Shown here: positions 16,050 through 25,744 of the stretch, in pieces | How positions within the stretch are numbered: position 1 is the stretch's first letter | How the letters are laid out: every line of letters begins with the position of its first letter | Source of the DNA: a virus | DNA length: 64,000 nt | Direction: 5' to 3' (one strand) | IMG/VR virus record: IMGVR_UViG_3300049046_000039 | Coordinates: 51,802 to 115,801 of that record | The notes under the pieces: model-generated | Databases searched by the model: none | The model's input: the letters and a program-made list of their open reading frames with translations, nothing else | What the model was told of the DNA's origin: nothing | Program-made: the position numbers and the translations under genes

Positions 16050-18334
16050 CCGTCGCAGTCCTCTTCAAATTCTTCATCTTGTGATAGCAGAGCGCTACCT
16101 TCTTCTTCGATCTCACCAGCTTCATCGTTGGTGTTAAAGTAATAAGCGGTCTTTCCACCCCACTTGTAGTGCAGCAACATGTGCTGAAGTAGTTCTGACA
16201 TCGGTATCTTCGAGTCAGGGTAGAACTTAGGGTTGTATGAAGTGTTAACAGAAATACACTGGTCGATGTACTTCTGAAGCACTGCCATGATCTTTAGATA
16301 TCCTACGGGAGACTTCTGGTCCCATAGTAGATCGTATTTATTCTTGTACTTTCTTACCTCTGGTACGACCTGCTTTAAGTGGCCGTCCTTCGATCCCTTG
16401 ACAGACACCAGAGCTCTTGGAGGCTCGATGCCGTTCGTAGAGTTTGATACCTGAGCTGAAGTCTCGGCTGGCATTAGAGCCATGAGAGTAGAGTTGCACA
16501 TTCCAGTCTCGAGGATCTGCTCGATGAGCTCGTCCCACGGCATCGTCCAGTCCTTAGCGCCAGTCAGCTCGTCGACTGTCTTAGCGTAGGTGTGGATAGG
16601 TAGGATGCCCTTCGAGTACTTCGTCTCGTTAAAGCCAGGGCAAGCACCCTTCTCCTTAGCTAAGTCTGCCGAAGCCTTAATCAGATAATACGACCAAGCT
16701 TCAGCATAGTCGTCAATCATCTTAAGCTGCTCTTGCGTTACGTCCTGATACTTGATGTTGTTCTTAGCCAGGAAGTAGGCGAAGTTGATGATGCCAATTC
16801 CAAGAGGACGACGCTTCATGGTAGCGTTATAAGCCGCTACAACTGGGTAGTCCTGGAAGTCTAGCAGCTCGTCTAGAGCTCTAACTAGAAGCTTAGCGCC
16901 TCGCTCAAAGTCTTCTGGACGACGCACCTTACCCCAGTTCTGAGCTGCTAGAGTGCAGAGAGCTACTTCAGCTTCAGCGTCGTGAAGATCGTCCTGTGGT
17001 ACAGTCGGAAGGCCGATTTCTGCGCATAGGTTAGACATCCTGATAGGAGCTACCTTCTCGAGGAACGGACCCTGAGTATTGACGTTGTCTACATTGTGAA
17101 TGTAGATTCGACCAGTGTCCTTACGCTCCTGCATGAACATCGTAAAGAGTTCGAAGGCAGAAACGACTTCCTTCTTGATCTTAGGATTCTTTTCTGCTGC
17201 TTCGTATAGACGCTTGAACTCGTCCTGGTCTGAGAAGAAAGCTTCGTAGAGACCTGGAACATTCTTCGGTGAGAATAGCGTAATGTTCTCACCATTGATT
17301 AGTCTCTCGTACATGAGACGATTGAACTGGACTCCGTAGTCTACGTGCCTGATTCGATTGTCTTCGGTTCCCTTGTTGTTCTTGAGAACAAGGAGCGACT
17401 GTATCTCACTATGCCAAATAGGATGATAGATGGTCCCAGAACCACCGCGAACACCACCCTGCGAGCAGGACTTAAGTGCCGCCACCAGAAGCTTATAGAA
17501 AGCCGTATTGCCCGTGTGAATCGCATCTCCCTCTCGAATAACTGCGTCGAGGCCTCGAAGAGCGCCCATACCCAGACCAATGCCAGCGCGATTTGCCACG
17601 TACTTAACAGTAGTACCAGTAGAAGCGATAATAGAGTCAAGGGAGTCACCTACTTCGATAAGAACACATGAGCTGAACTGGCGCTTAGGAGTTCTAACAC
17701 CAGCCATGATAGGAGTTGGAAGACTTACGTCAAACTCGGACACTGCATCGTAGAGATCGCAGACCCACTTGAGTCGCTCCTTCTTAGGATACTTGTGGAA
17801 GAGAGACGCCGCGATCAGCATGAAAGAGATCTGTGGAGTCTCGTAGAACCTCTTAGTGTCTCTGTTTCTTACAAGATACTTGCCGCGCATCTGCTCCATA
17901 CCGGCGTACGCGATATTGAAGTCTCTATCGTGGTCGATCCACTTATCGAGCTTGTCGAACTCTTCTTCGGTATACCACTCTAGCAGCTGCTCGTCATAGA
18001 ACCCTGCTTCTACCACCCTCTTAACGTGATCATATAGTCTCGGCGGTGTTATGCTGTCGTATACTTCTTTGCGCAGAGCGTAGTTTACTAGGCGACCTGC
18101 TACGTACTGATAGTTAGGAGTGTGCTCGCTGATCAGCTCGTGAGCTGCCTTGATTAGAGCTTCCTGAATGTCTTTAGTCTTGATGCCGTCGTAGAAGTGC
18201 ATCTGAGTCTTGAGCTCGATCTCAGATTCGGAAACACCGGCGATATCCTCACACGCCCAGTTAACTACCCGATGTACCTTCGATACGTCTAGCGGTTCTT
18301 TACTGCCATTTCTCTTTGTGACGTTTATCGCCAT
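16037..18334 (-). CDS. nrdA: class Ia ribonucleotide reductase alpha subunit
   Basis: ATP cone, SSCVL, SNLCAEI, C-terminal CxxC. Confidence 0.97.
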   Translation of the reverse strand: MAINVTKRNGSKEPLDVSKVHRVVNWACEDIAGVSESEIELKTQMHFYDGIKTKDIQEALIKAAHELISEHTPNYQYVAGRLVNYALRKEVYDSITPPRLYDHVKRVVEAGFYDEQLLEWYTEEEFDKLDKWIDHDRDFNIAYAGMEQMRGKYLVRNRDTKRFYETPQISFMLIAASLFHKYPKKERLKWVCDLYDAVSEFDVSLPTPIMAGVRTPKRQFSSCVLIEVGDSLDSIIASTGTTVKYVANRAGIGLGMGALRGLDAVIREGDAIHTGNTAFYKLLVAALKSCSQGGVRGGSGTIYHPIWHSEIQSLLVLKNNKGTEDNRIRHVDYGVQFNRLMYERLINGENITLFSPKNVPGLYEAFFSDQDEFKRLYEAAEKNPKIKKEVVSAFELFTMFMQERKDTGRIYIHNVDNVNTQGPFLEKVAPIRMSNLCAEIGLPTVPQDDLHDAEAEVALCTLAAQNWGKVRRPEDFERGAKLLVRALDELLDFQDYPVVAAYNATMKRRPLGIGIINFAYFLAKNNIKYQDVTQEQLKMIDDYAEAWSYYLIKASADLAKEKGACPGFNETKYSKGILPIHTYAKTVDELTGAKDWTMPWDELIEQILETGMCNSTLMALMPAETSAQVSNSTNGIEPPRALVSVKGSKDGHLKQVVPEVRKYKNKYDLLWDQKSPVGYLKIMAVLQKYIDQCISVNTSYNPKFYPDSKIPMSELLQHMLLHYKWGGKTAYYFNTNDEAGEIEEEGSALLSQDEEFEEDCDGCKI

Positions 18335-18344
18335 CTGTTATCCT

Positions 18345-19010
18345 TTATTGTGTAGCAACTACTTCAGTAAGATACTGGAAGTACTTGGTAAGTTCGTCCC
18401 ATGCTGACTTAGCGACCAGCATATGTTCTTTTTGAGTTCCGTTTGCCATTCTTAACTCGCAGTAGTGAATCCAAGAGCGAAGAGTTCCTGCCATGTACAT
18501 CCTAGAGACTGTAAGTCCTTCGGGCAGTACGGCTCGAGCCTGCTCCTTAGCTATACCGTTCTGGATCGCCCAGTTGTAAGCCTTAAGAGCCTTCTTCCTC
18601 ACTTCATCTTGAAACACTTCCCACTCTCGCTGAAGCGCAGGGTTGTCTAACTCGATGCTGTTCTGCCTGTTCTTACTGTCTTGAAGTCTAGCTTCACGGT
18701 CTACGATGAGACCTAAGTCAGAAGTCGGGTCGGCGTATCTCTGGCTGAACTCTTGGAATGAGAACGACCTGTGTCTTAAGATCTGCCTGGCGATGTCTCG
18801 AGTTGTATTGATCTCCATTACGACGTGCACCATCTCTAGTGGAGACCAGTGAGAGTGCTTGATCAGATACTTTAGTAGTTTTTCAGACGTCTCGTGGTTC
18901 ATCTGATTTGACGGGTTAGATACTCTGGCGCAGTATGCTGCGAACTCAGTAGCATTACCCAAAGAAGCATCGACCGGAGTGGTCAATGCTATAAGCTTCG
19001 CGTCGTTCAT
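18345..19010 (-). CDS. thyX: flavin-dependent thymidylate synthase
   Basis: HWSPLE, RQILRHRSFSFQEFSQRY, TQKEH. Confidence 0.96.
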   Translation of the reverse strand: MNDAKLIALTTPVDASLGNATEFAAYCARVSNPSNQMNHETSEKLLKYLIKHSHWSPLEMVHVVMEINTTRDIARQILRHRSFSFQEFSQRYADPTSDLGLIVDREARLQDSKNRQNSIELDNPALQREWEVFQDEVRKKALKAYNWAIQNGIAKEQARAVLPEGLTVSRMYMAGTLRSWIHYCELRMANGTQKEHMLVAKSAWDELTKYFQYLTEVVATQ

Positions 19011-19231
19011 TATTTCTTCAATCTTACTTTGTAGTTAAGTTTGGAACTCAGATAGTCTTCAAAGTACTCCACTCTCGTAGAATAGAGCTTATCATCGTAT
19101 GAAAAGTTAACCATCGGATACATAGTTCGTGGTGACATAGTCAGCGACTGTATCGTTGGTAGAGTATCGAACTGTTCTAGATTATCCTCGACGTCGATAT
19201 ATCGAGATAGTACTTTTACACTTTCTTCCAT
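19010..19231 (-). CDS. hypothetical protein
   Basis: ORF between primase and thyX. Confidence 0.6.
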   Translation of the reverse strand: MEESVKVLSRYIDVEDNLEQFDTLPTIQSLTMSPRTMYPMVNFSYDDKLYSTRVEYFEDYLSSKLNYKVRLKK

Positions 19232-20226
19232 AAGTTAAGTCTTAGTTCAGCTTCTAGTCCACTGAATGTATTCCTATCTATAATTTCTCGAACTTGATCT
19301 GGCGTAAATCCGCCGAGGACCATGTCGTTTACGTCCTTAAAGTTCAATCCGTTAGGCCAGATGCACACCTTAAGACCGTGCTTGATGCACTTATTTATTT
19401 TTGCCACTGTCTCTTTAGAGCGAGGCTCATTATCGAATACGATAACGTTGTTCTCAAGATTAAGATGCCGTAGAGTTGAGATTTCTACACCACCAGCAGT
19501 AGCTACAGCATTTGGTAGAAACATCGTGTCGATAGGTCCTTCTAGAGTGTAGGACTTATTTCCACGGTCATACTCGTCGAGTCCGTATATCTTAGGAACA
19601 GACTCGTCTAGCTGGATAGTGATGTAGCGTACGTCGCCCTCGAAGTATCGAGCCTGCATAGCGTGCATTCTTCCGTCCTTGTTGACGAAAGGTATGACCA
19701 GCGCGGGTCCGTCGTGCTTTAGCGCTTCTTCTTTAAACTTTCCAGGGACGATGGTGTTAGCCCACGACATAAACTTAGGAGCGAAGAACAGCTTAGCGTG
19801 ATACTTGTTAGGTATCGCTCTGTTCTGAACGTACTCTTTAGCGTAGTGTCCTTGCTTAAGCTGGCTGATCTTGCGAAGGTTCTTCAGCTCAGTCTCACCG
19901 ATGTACTTTGGTTTATTGTAGTGTGTTACTGGATCGACAGTCTTAGGACCGCCAGACTCCATAACTTTTTCGACTAGAAAGTCATTGTAGACGAACTCGT
20001 CTACTTCCTTAAGGAAGTTTGGAATGCTTCGAGTTCCACATCCATTGTGGCAGTGAAACAGTAGCTTACCCTTCTTTTCGTAGATGTACGCTCGAGCTTT
20101 TCTCTGATCTTTAGACGAGTCGCCGCATAGAGGACAGCTAAAGTTGTATAGAGTTCCAGACTTACGCTTAAAGTTTCTTAGGCGTGTACTGAGCACACCG
20201 ATATACTTGGTTTCTAACCAACTCAT
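19216..20226 (-). CDS. 61: T4 gp61-like DNA primase
   Basis: CPLCGDS Zn finger, EGPID, DNEPR, KDVND TOPRIM. Confidence 0.96.
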   Translation of the reverse strand: MSWLETKYIGVLSTRLRNFKRKSGTLYNFSCPLCGDSSKDQRKARAYIYEKKGKLLFHCHNGCGTRSIPNFLKEVDEFVYNDFLVEKVMESGGPKTVDPVTHYNKPKYIGETELKNLRKISQLKQGHYAKEYVQNRAIPNKYHAKLFFAPKFMSWANTIVPGKFKEEALKHDGPALVIPFVNKDGRMHAMQARYFEGDVRYITIQLDESVPKIYGLDEYDRGNKSYTLEGPIDTMFLPNAVATAGGVEISTLRHLNLENNVIVFDNEPRSKETVAKINKCIKHGLKVCIWPNGLNFKDVNDMVLGGFTPDQVREIIDRNTFSGLEAELRLNLWKKV

Positions 20227-20291
20227 AATTACTCACTTAAATGGATAACCCACTTATATCATAGTTTGGATTCATTGTAAAGGTAAATCCG

Positions 20292-21020
20292 TTATTTCCA
20301 GAACTGCCACCATGATTTTTTTTCACCAATGTTATCGATAGTGCTTAGCTTATCGACTGCAACTCTTCCGGTAGAACTTATCTTAGACTCTAGCGAAGGA
20401 TGTGGAGAAGGAAACTCTCTGTTTTCAGTAGTAGACGTCGCTTCAATTATGCCTACGACCATTCCCTTGTCGTCGATAAGAGGACACATGACAGACTGAA
20501 TGACTTTGTATCTCTTTAGATACGCTTCGTACATTTCGTCTGGAATGTCATCGACTGCAAATCGCACGCACTTAGGTTCTACACCCTTTGGTACGATGAA
20601 CATTCTGTTAAGAGTTTGAGACATCGTAGACACTGGATAGCTCATCCACGACTCTTGGTCGGTAAGACCTTGGCCTGGAGCTGATACAGCATACGTCGTC
20701 TGAATGAACATAAATGGAATGCCAGTTATACCTTTACGTCCGTTGTGAAATTGACGTATCAGTATGCGATCAGCCTTGATGTCATTTCTTAGAACTTCGA
20801 GTCTGTTCGGTATCTCTTCGTTGAGTTGAACCACGCGAAGAAAGCGCTCTTGCTCTAGAGCAGGCGAGTCGGGTGGATTCGAGAGAATATTATTGTTGTC
20901 TATAGTAATATAGAGAAGAAGACACGTTATGATGATGATTACGAATGCTAGAGGCGACTTGAGCCAGGCTTCGTGTAGGGTAGCAAAAAGTTCTTTAACA
21001 GCGTTGATGATATCAGCCAT
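20292..21020 (-). CDS. single-TM protein with GAF-like periplasmic domain (holin T-like candidate)
   Basis: N-terminal TM; ADRILIRQFHNG. Confidence 0.45.
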   Translation of the reverse strand: MADIINAVKELFATLHEAWLKSPLAFVIIIITCLLLYITIDNNNILSNPPDSPALEQERFLRVVQLNEEIPNRLEVLRNDIKADRILIRQFHNGRKGITGIPFMFIQTTYAVSAPGQGLTDQESWMSYPVSTMSQTLNRMFIVPKGVEPKCVRFAVDDIPDEMYEAYLKRYKVIQSVMCPLIDDKGMVVGIIEATSTTENREFPSPHPSLESKISSTGRVAVDKLSTIDNIGEKKSWWQFWK

Positions 21021-21067
21021 TATGTATTTCCTATAGTGTAGAACATAATAACTGAACGACGCTTAGA

Positions 21068-21226
21068 TCAAGTTTTTGGTGTGCCCCTTCTAAGCATCTG
21101 TGCGTCTTTGAGTATAACACTAAGTTTTTTCTTCTTAACACCTGGCTCTGAGTTCGGGTAGCTTCCAGTCCCAGTACCAGCGATAGCGCCGGAACCCACA
21201 TTATTTATTGCTACGTCTTCGTTCAT
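21068..21226 (-). CDS. 52-aa conserved-type phage protein
   Basis: MNEDVAINNVGSGAIAG...EPGVKKKK; TGATG coupling. Confidence 0.6.
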   Translation of the reverse strand: MNEDVAINNVGSGAIAGTGTGSYPNSEPGVKKKKLSVILKDAQMLRRGTPKT

Positions 21227-21615
21227 CAGATCTTCCTTAAAGCTTGAATGACGTTGTCATCCATCGGAATAATATCGGTCTCATATGCTGGTATATCACG
21301 AACGTTATAAACTACTTCGGGCATTATACTGAGCATAATCAAGAAGGGCTTAATGTAAGTCAATTGGCTCTCCATCTTTAGAAAGATCATCCTGACTAAA
21401 GGTGTAGGGCCGAATACATTGTTTAGAATTATTAGGTGGTTTAATATAAGCCGTTCTTTTAGATCACCTGTCTCTACATATCGAGTTATCAGCTTCTTAA
21501 TGTACTTGAATCGATTCAAGTCTTCATTAAATTCCTCGACTGAACAACACTGCGGATTATCGTAGTGTTTCATGGCGTACATAATGAAGTTAGAGTCAGT
21601 TAATTTATCGACCAT
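21226..21615 (-). CDS. conserved T4-like hypothetical protein
   Basis: YAMKHYDNP...EF.EDL.RFKY...LKERLILNH. Confidence 0.8.
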   Translation of the reverse strand: MVDKLTDSNFIMYAMKHYDNPQCCSVEEFNEDLNRFKYIKKLITRYVETGDLKERLILNHLIILNNVFGPTPLVRMIFLKMESQLTYIKPFLIMLSIMPEVVYNVRDIPAYETDIIPMDDNVIQALRKI

Positions 21616-21624
21616 ATATTTTAA

Positions 21625-21648
21625 TGACGGGGACTGAAGTCCCCGTCA
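21625..21648 (-). terminator. intrinsic terminator-like hairpin
   Basis: TGACGGGGACT/AGTCCCCGTCA. Confidence 0.6.
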
Positions 21649-21650
21649 AA

Positions 21651-22166
21651 TTAACCTGCTAGCGTTGAGTTGTTGGCAGTCATTCCAGAAAGAGCTACTA
21701 GCGTTTCGACTTGAACTCTTCCAGCTCTACCACCAAGAACAGGTGTCACAGTAGCGCCAGTTCCCCCAGATGCAGCACCGCCAACAGAAACTCTGATAGC
21801 CGTAGTAGTTGAGGAAACGTTAGCGAAACCAGAGCCGCTTTCAGTAATCGTAAGCGAAGTAATACCTCCAGAACCGTTAGTTGCGACTGTAGCTACAGCG
21901 TTCACCGTACCTCCAGAAACAACAGCAACGTGCCCGTTAGTATATCCAGTTCCAGCCGCGCCGATAGTAAAGCTCGTTACTGGACCTGTTCCGCGCTGAA
22001 CTCTCGTCCAACCGGTGTGATTTGCTCTAGGACTAGCCGCAACTTCGCCGTCGTCTAAGCCTACAACCTGAGTACCGAACAGCTGAATGCCAGTATTCGG
22101 ACTGGTAGAATTGATAGCGTACTTAGGCGCGTTATTAGCTTGGTCTATTTTACCCCATAGTGGCAT
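21651..22166 (-). CDS. putative virion structural protein
   Basis: MPLWG...HTGW...GR...ETLVA; late promoter TATAAATA at about 22186. Confidence 0.7.
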   Translation of the reverse strand: MPLWGKIDQANNAPKYAINSTSPNTGIQLFGTQVVGLDDGEVAASPRANHTGWTRVQRGTGPVTSFTIGAAGTGYTNGHVAVVSGGTVNAVATVATNGSGGITSLTITESGSGFANVSSTTTAIRVSVGGAASGGTGATVTPVLGGRAGRVQVETLVALSGMTANNSTLAG

Positions 22167-22202
22167 TTGTAATCTCCTTTTGTTTTATTTATAGATTACG
22201 AA

Positions 22203-22634
22203 TTATTTGTATTCAGAGCTGGCGTCGTCTACGACGTTGCCCATCATATCGCGCTTCTTCTTGGGACGTCCTCGACCGCGCTTCATCTCGGCTAGAAGAT
22301 CTTCCAGAGCTAGCACTCCAGCAGAAGGTGCGTCTTCTTCAGTCTCAACGACTTCACTAGACTCTTCTACTGTTTGCTGCACTTCAACGTCTTCATCGAG
22401 AGTCTCGCCTCTTGAGAGAGCTCTCGAGACAAATCTCTTACGAAGGCTCTCGTTTATTTCTTCGAGACTCTCTTCACTCATAACTCTTAGGTGGTCGTTA
22501 GCCATATTCTTGTATTCCTTACCGTAATGTCTTCTCTTGTAGGTCTTAACTATCTCACCTTTAGAGTCTATCACGTGAGCTGAGTCTTCATGAGGTAGTC
22601 TACCTAGTTCATACTCGACTCTTGGTTTGTTCAT
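22203..22634 (-). CDS. hypothetical protein (AT-hook-like GRGRP)
   Basis: ORF; KRGRGRPKK. Confidence 0.7.
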   Translation of the reverse strand: MNKPRVEYELGRLPHEDSAHVIDSKGEIVKTYKRRHYGKEYKNMANDHLRVMSEESLEEINESLRKRFVSRALSRGETLDEDVEVQQTVEESSEVVETEEDAPSAGVLALEDLLAEMKRGRGRPKKKRDMMGNVVDDASSEYK

Positions 22635-25090
22635 TTGCCTAGCTTCTTTGACATGCTGTCAATAAACTTAAGGCGAACTGCATTAGAAAGCTCTTCGTGC
22701 TCTTCCTTCGTTAGAAGTCTCTGACCACGACGATCGGCGATCATCTTATCAGACTTACGACCGAAGCCCTGGTTGAAGAGAATGTTTTGAACGTCTTTTC
22801 TGTCCATGCCCTTACGATCAGCAATCTTAGCTACTCTTTCTGCAGCAGGAGCTTTCATTCTCTTCGAAGGAACTCTGGCTGGTCTAGCGTAGGTGTCGCC
22901 TAGCTCGTCGAGCTGTTCTACTTCTTCTTTCTTAAGAGTACGATTTAGCTTCTTCTTCTCAGAGATAGACTTGTCGTTCTTCTTAGTACCGCCGGTGTAA
23001 GGACGAGTTATACCGATAGCCGCTTCGTGAAGAGCGCCCTTGAAGTTGTCCTTAGTAAGCTGAGCGTGAACATTTTCAGAGCTGTCGTGGAATGACTTTA
23101 CGACCTTACCCTTACGAACTAGAACGTGATGCTTCTTGTCTTCTGGGTGCTGGTGTAGAGTTACAGTCTCACCTGCCCTGTCCGTGTAGGTTCCGACCTT
23201 ATGCACACCTTCTTCAAGCTGCTCTGCTTCTTCCTTGAGACCTGCTCTACGAAGATTCTGATCAGTCAGACCCTTGTAGTTAGTTACGTGAGATCCTAGG
23301 CTTCTATTGCCGTACTTCTCTAGCTTCTTGTCGTCGGCCCAAGGAGCTAACTTATTTGCAGCCTTCTTTACGTAGTTTCTGCGTACGTCAGCCTTTGTCT
23401 GCATCGCGATAGATGCTTCTCTATTACCGTCAGCTCCAAGCTTGTCGGCTTTGTGCTCGAGATCGGTAGCAGACTTCATGGCCTTAGGACCGAAGTTCAT
23501 AAGTAGCGCCTTAGAAACTTCATCTAGCTGCTCGTAGTGCTCTTCGCAAATAGTGGCGATGTCGTCTTCGTGAGCTTCCTTAAGAGCGCCGTTCAGCTTA
23601 GTCATGCGTGATAGCTCGAGCTTTGCCGTGCCGTGCGCGTCGTGATAGTCGTTAGTGTGGTAGTCAGCTGGCTCGTGGTGCTTGCCGTTGATGTGAAACT
23701 TTACGACGTGCTCACCCCACTCAGAGTCCTTGTAGATCTTAGCGCTGTGCTTGCCGCAGTCAGAGTGAATTACTGCTGACAGCTTCTGACCCTTAGCTTC
23801 GTCCAGAAGAACCTTCTCTACGAGAGATCTTACAGTCTTAAGAGCTGGCGACACGTAGTCTTCTCTAGCGTTAACCTTAGCGGTTCCACCTAGCTTACTG
23901 TAAGCCATCTTACGGCCAGCTTCTCTCTTGACGTACTTCTTAAGGTCGCCACGCGAGGTTCTACCACCATCCATGTTAGTAGCAGTATCGATTTCGGCCT
24001 GCTGAGAGTCGTTCTTAGCGAGGTAGTTCTTAAGAAGCATTCTAGAAGTTTCATCTAGAGCGCGAATATCTTCAGCTTCTGCTTCCTGGAATAGAGCGTC
24101 GAACTCAGGATCGTTATCGAGGTTTTCTTCGTCGATCTTCTTAAGCTGGTTCTCCATGCGATTTACGATAGAGCGCTTATTGAGCGTGACGTTAACGCCA
24201 GCAATTTCAGCTTCGACCTGCTCGATGTCGCGATACTCTTCGCCTTCTGGCTCCTGATCTAGGTGCTTAGAGTTTAGAGTGTCGCAGTCTTCCTTAAGAC
24301 CGTGAGTCTTAGCTGCTAGCTTTGCGGTCTGGTGATATACACCGTCGTCAAAGTTGTGGATGTCCGTACCATCCTTGAAACTGTGTAGCGTCTTGCTGGT
24401 ACCGTGAATCATGGTTGGCCAAGCGCCAAGAAGAGCGGCAACGCCACCCTTTACGTGAAGAACGTCGCCGTCCTTAATCTTTTCGTTAGTCTGAGTGTGA
24501 TCGTAGACTTCACCATGGCTCATGTGACGAAGATCGTGAACCTGCGGTTCTCTAGACTGAATGTCAGCCTTTCTCTTCTCGTCGTAGCGACGCATAGACT
24601 CTTTGCTGTGATCGTTTGTAGCCTTATTGAAAATCTTCTTGCGCGCTTCTGGCATAGGTGGCTTATTACCACGCTCGTGGGGCTTATCGTCTATATGATC
24701 GAGGTGCTTCTTCCACGTAGCGGTAATCCACTTGCCGCGAGTCTCATGAGAGATTTCGTCTAGCTGAACTACTTCTTCAGCAATCTTCGCTGGCTCTGGT
24801 TCTGGCTGAGTCTGAAGGTCTGGAGTGTCTACAGCATTAGAAGAAACGATCTTTGGAGCAGCGTGAATGCTGCCGTGGAAGAACGAGTTGTTAAGGATGT
24901 TGATAGCCTTTTCCGTGTCTGCCGGATCGACGGCGATAGTTCCGTCGTCCTTTCTAGTAGCAGTCACGCCATTAGCGCTGAGCGCCTTAAGAGCTTCAGC
25001 AACGCGGTCTGGTTCAGGAATCTTGAGAGTTGGAGCTGCACTCTCAGACATGATCTGCCTGATTAGATTTTCAGGTGTACGATAAGACAT
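22631..25090 (-). CDS. large putative head-packaged protein
   Basis: many L-x-E sites (LDE, LKE, LEE, LHE); late promoter CATAAATA at about 25116. Confidence 0.65.
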   Translation of the reverse strand: MSYRTPENLIRQIMSESAAPTLKIPEPDRVAEALKALSANGVTATRKDDGTIAVDPADTEKAINILNNSFFHGSIHAAPKIVSSNAVDTPDLQTQPEPEPAKIAEEVVQLDEISHETRGKWITATWKKHLDHIDDKPHERGNKPPMPEARKKIFNKATNDHSKESMRRYDEKRKADIQSREPQVHDLRHMSHGEVYDHTQTNEKIKDGDVLHVKGGVAALLGAWPTMIHGTSKTLHSFKDGTDIHNFDDGVYHQTAKLAAKTHGLKEDCDTLNSKHLDQEPEGEEYRDIEQVEAEIAGVNVTLNKRSIVNRMENQLKKIDEENLDNDPEFDALFQEAEAEDIRALDETSRMLLKNYLAKNDSQQAEIDTATNMDGGRTSRGDLKKYVKREAGRKMAYSKLGGTAKVNAREDYVSPALKTVRSLVEKVLLDEAKGQKLSAVIHSDCGKHSAKIYKDSEWGEHVVKFHINGKHHEPADYHTNDYHDAHGTAKLELSRMTKLNGALKEAHEDDIATICEEHYEQLDEVSKALLMNFGPKAMKSATDLEHKADKLGADGNREASIAMQTKADVRRNYVKKAANKLAPWADDKKLEKYGNRSLGSHVTNYKGLTDQNLRRAGLKEEAEQLEEGVHKVGTYTDRAGETVTLHQHPEDKKHHVLVRKGKVVKSFHDSSENVHAQLTKDNFKGALHEAAIGITRPYTGGTKKNDKSISEKKKLNRTLKKEEVEQLDELGDTYARPARVPSKRMKAPAAERVAKIADRKGMDRKDVQNILFNQGFGRKSDKMIADRRGQRLLTKEEHEELSNAVRLKFIDSMSKKLGK

Positions 25091-25135
25091 TAGGGTCTCC
25101 CACTGGTTTTTGTTTTATTTATGTGATGGGAATCT

Positions 25136-25744
25136 TTAGATATACGAGTAAGTATGTCTCTTTTCTGATTCGTTAAGTATCTGCTTGCTTACGATATACC
25201 TATTCGTTATCTTAATCTTGTTGGCGTCGTATGCGAGATACACGTTATGACGAGTAGCCATTCCCATGTTTCTACCGCCGTCGTATCTGAGTCCGTCGAA
25301 GCCGAGCGACATGAGCTTCTTGCGAGCTATAGCGGTGTTCTTCATGCCGTTCGACAAACCACGAAACACCTGATCGCCAGTAAGTCTCATAGAGCCGCTA
25401 GTGAGCTGAGACTTAACCTTTATAGCGTCGGCGCCAAGATTTAGAAGGTTAGCACCTCTAGCAAACTGATCGGGCTTGTCGGAAACTAATCTCTGAAGTA
25501 TCTCACCCGTGTAGATGTTATTGACGTCGAAGAGTCTGTTAAAAGACAGTCTAGTCTCGTAGACGTACATACCGTCGCCACCGTAGCGATTGTACATAGT
25601 TCTAGCATAGCTCTTTGCTACTTCGATATTGTCGGTAAAGTAGGCTACGCCGCCGCCGTAGAAGTCATTCACGATTCTAGACATGTTCTGCTCGAACACG
25701 TTGAATCGCGTTCTAGTGCCGTGGTAGCCTATTACGACTGTCAT
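25136..25744 (-). CDS. ADP-ribosyltransferase-like (ART-PolyVal type) protein
   Basis: YHGT...F...G.AYFTDN...A..YA...VYE...GFDG. Confidence 0.6.
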   Translation of the reverse strand: MTVVIGYHGTRTRFNVFEQNMSRIVNDFYGGGVAYFTDNIEVAKSYARTMYNRYGGDGMYVYETRLSFNRLFDVNNIYTGEILQRLVSDKPDQFARGANLLNLGADAIKVKSQLTSGSMRLTGDQVFRGLSNGMKNTAIARKKLMSLGFDGLRYDGGRNMGMATRHNVYLAYDANKIKITNRYIVSKQILNESEKRHTYSYI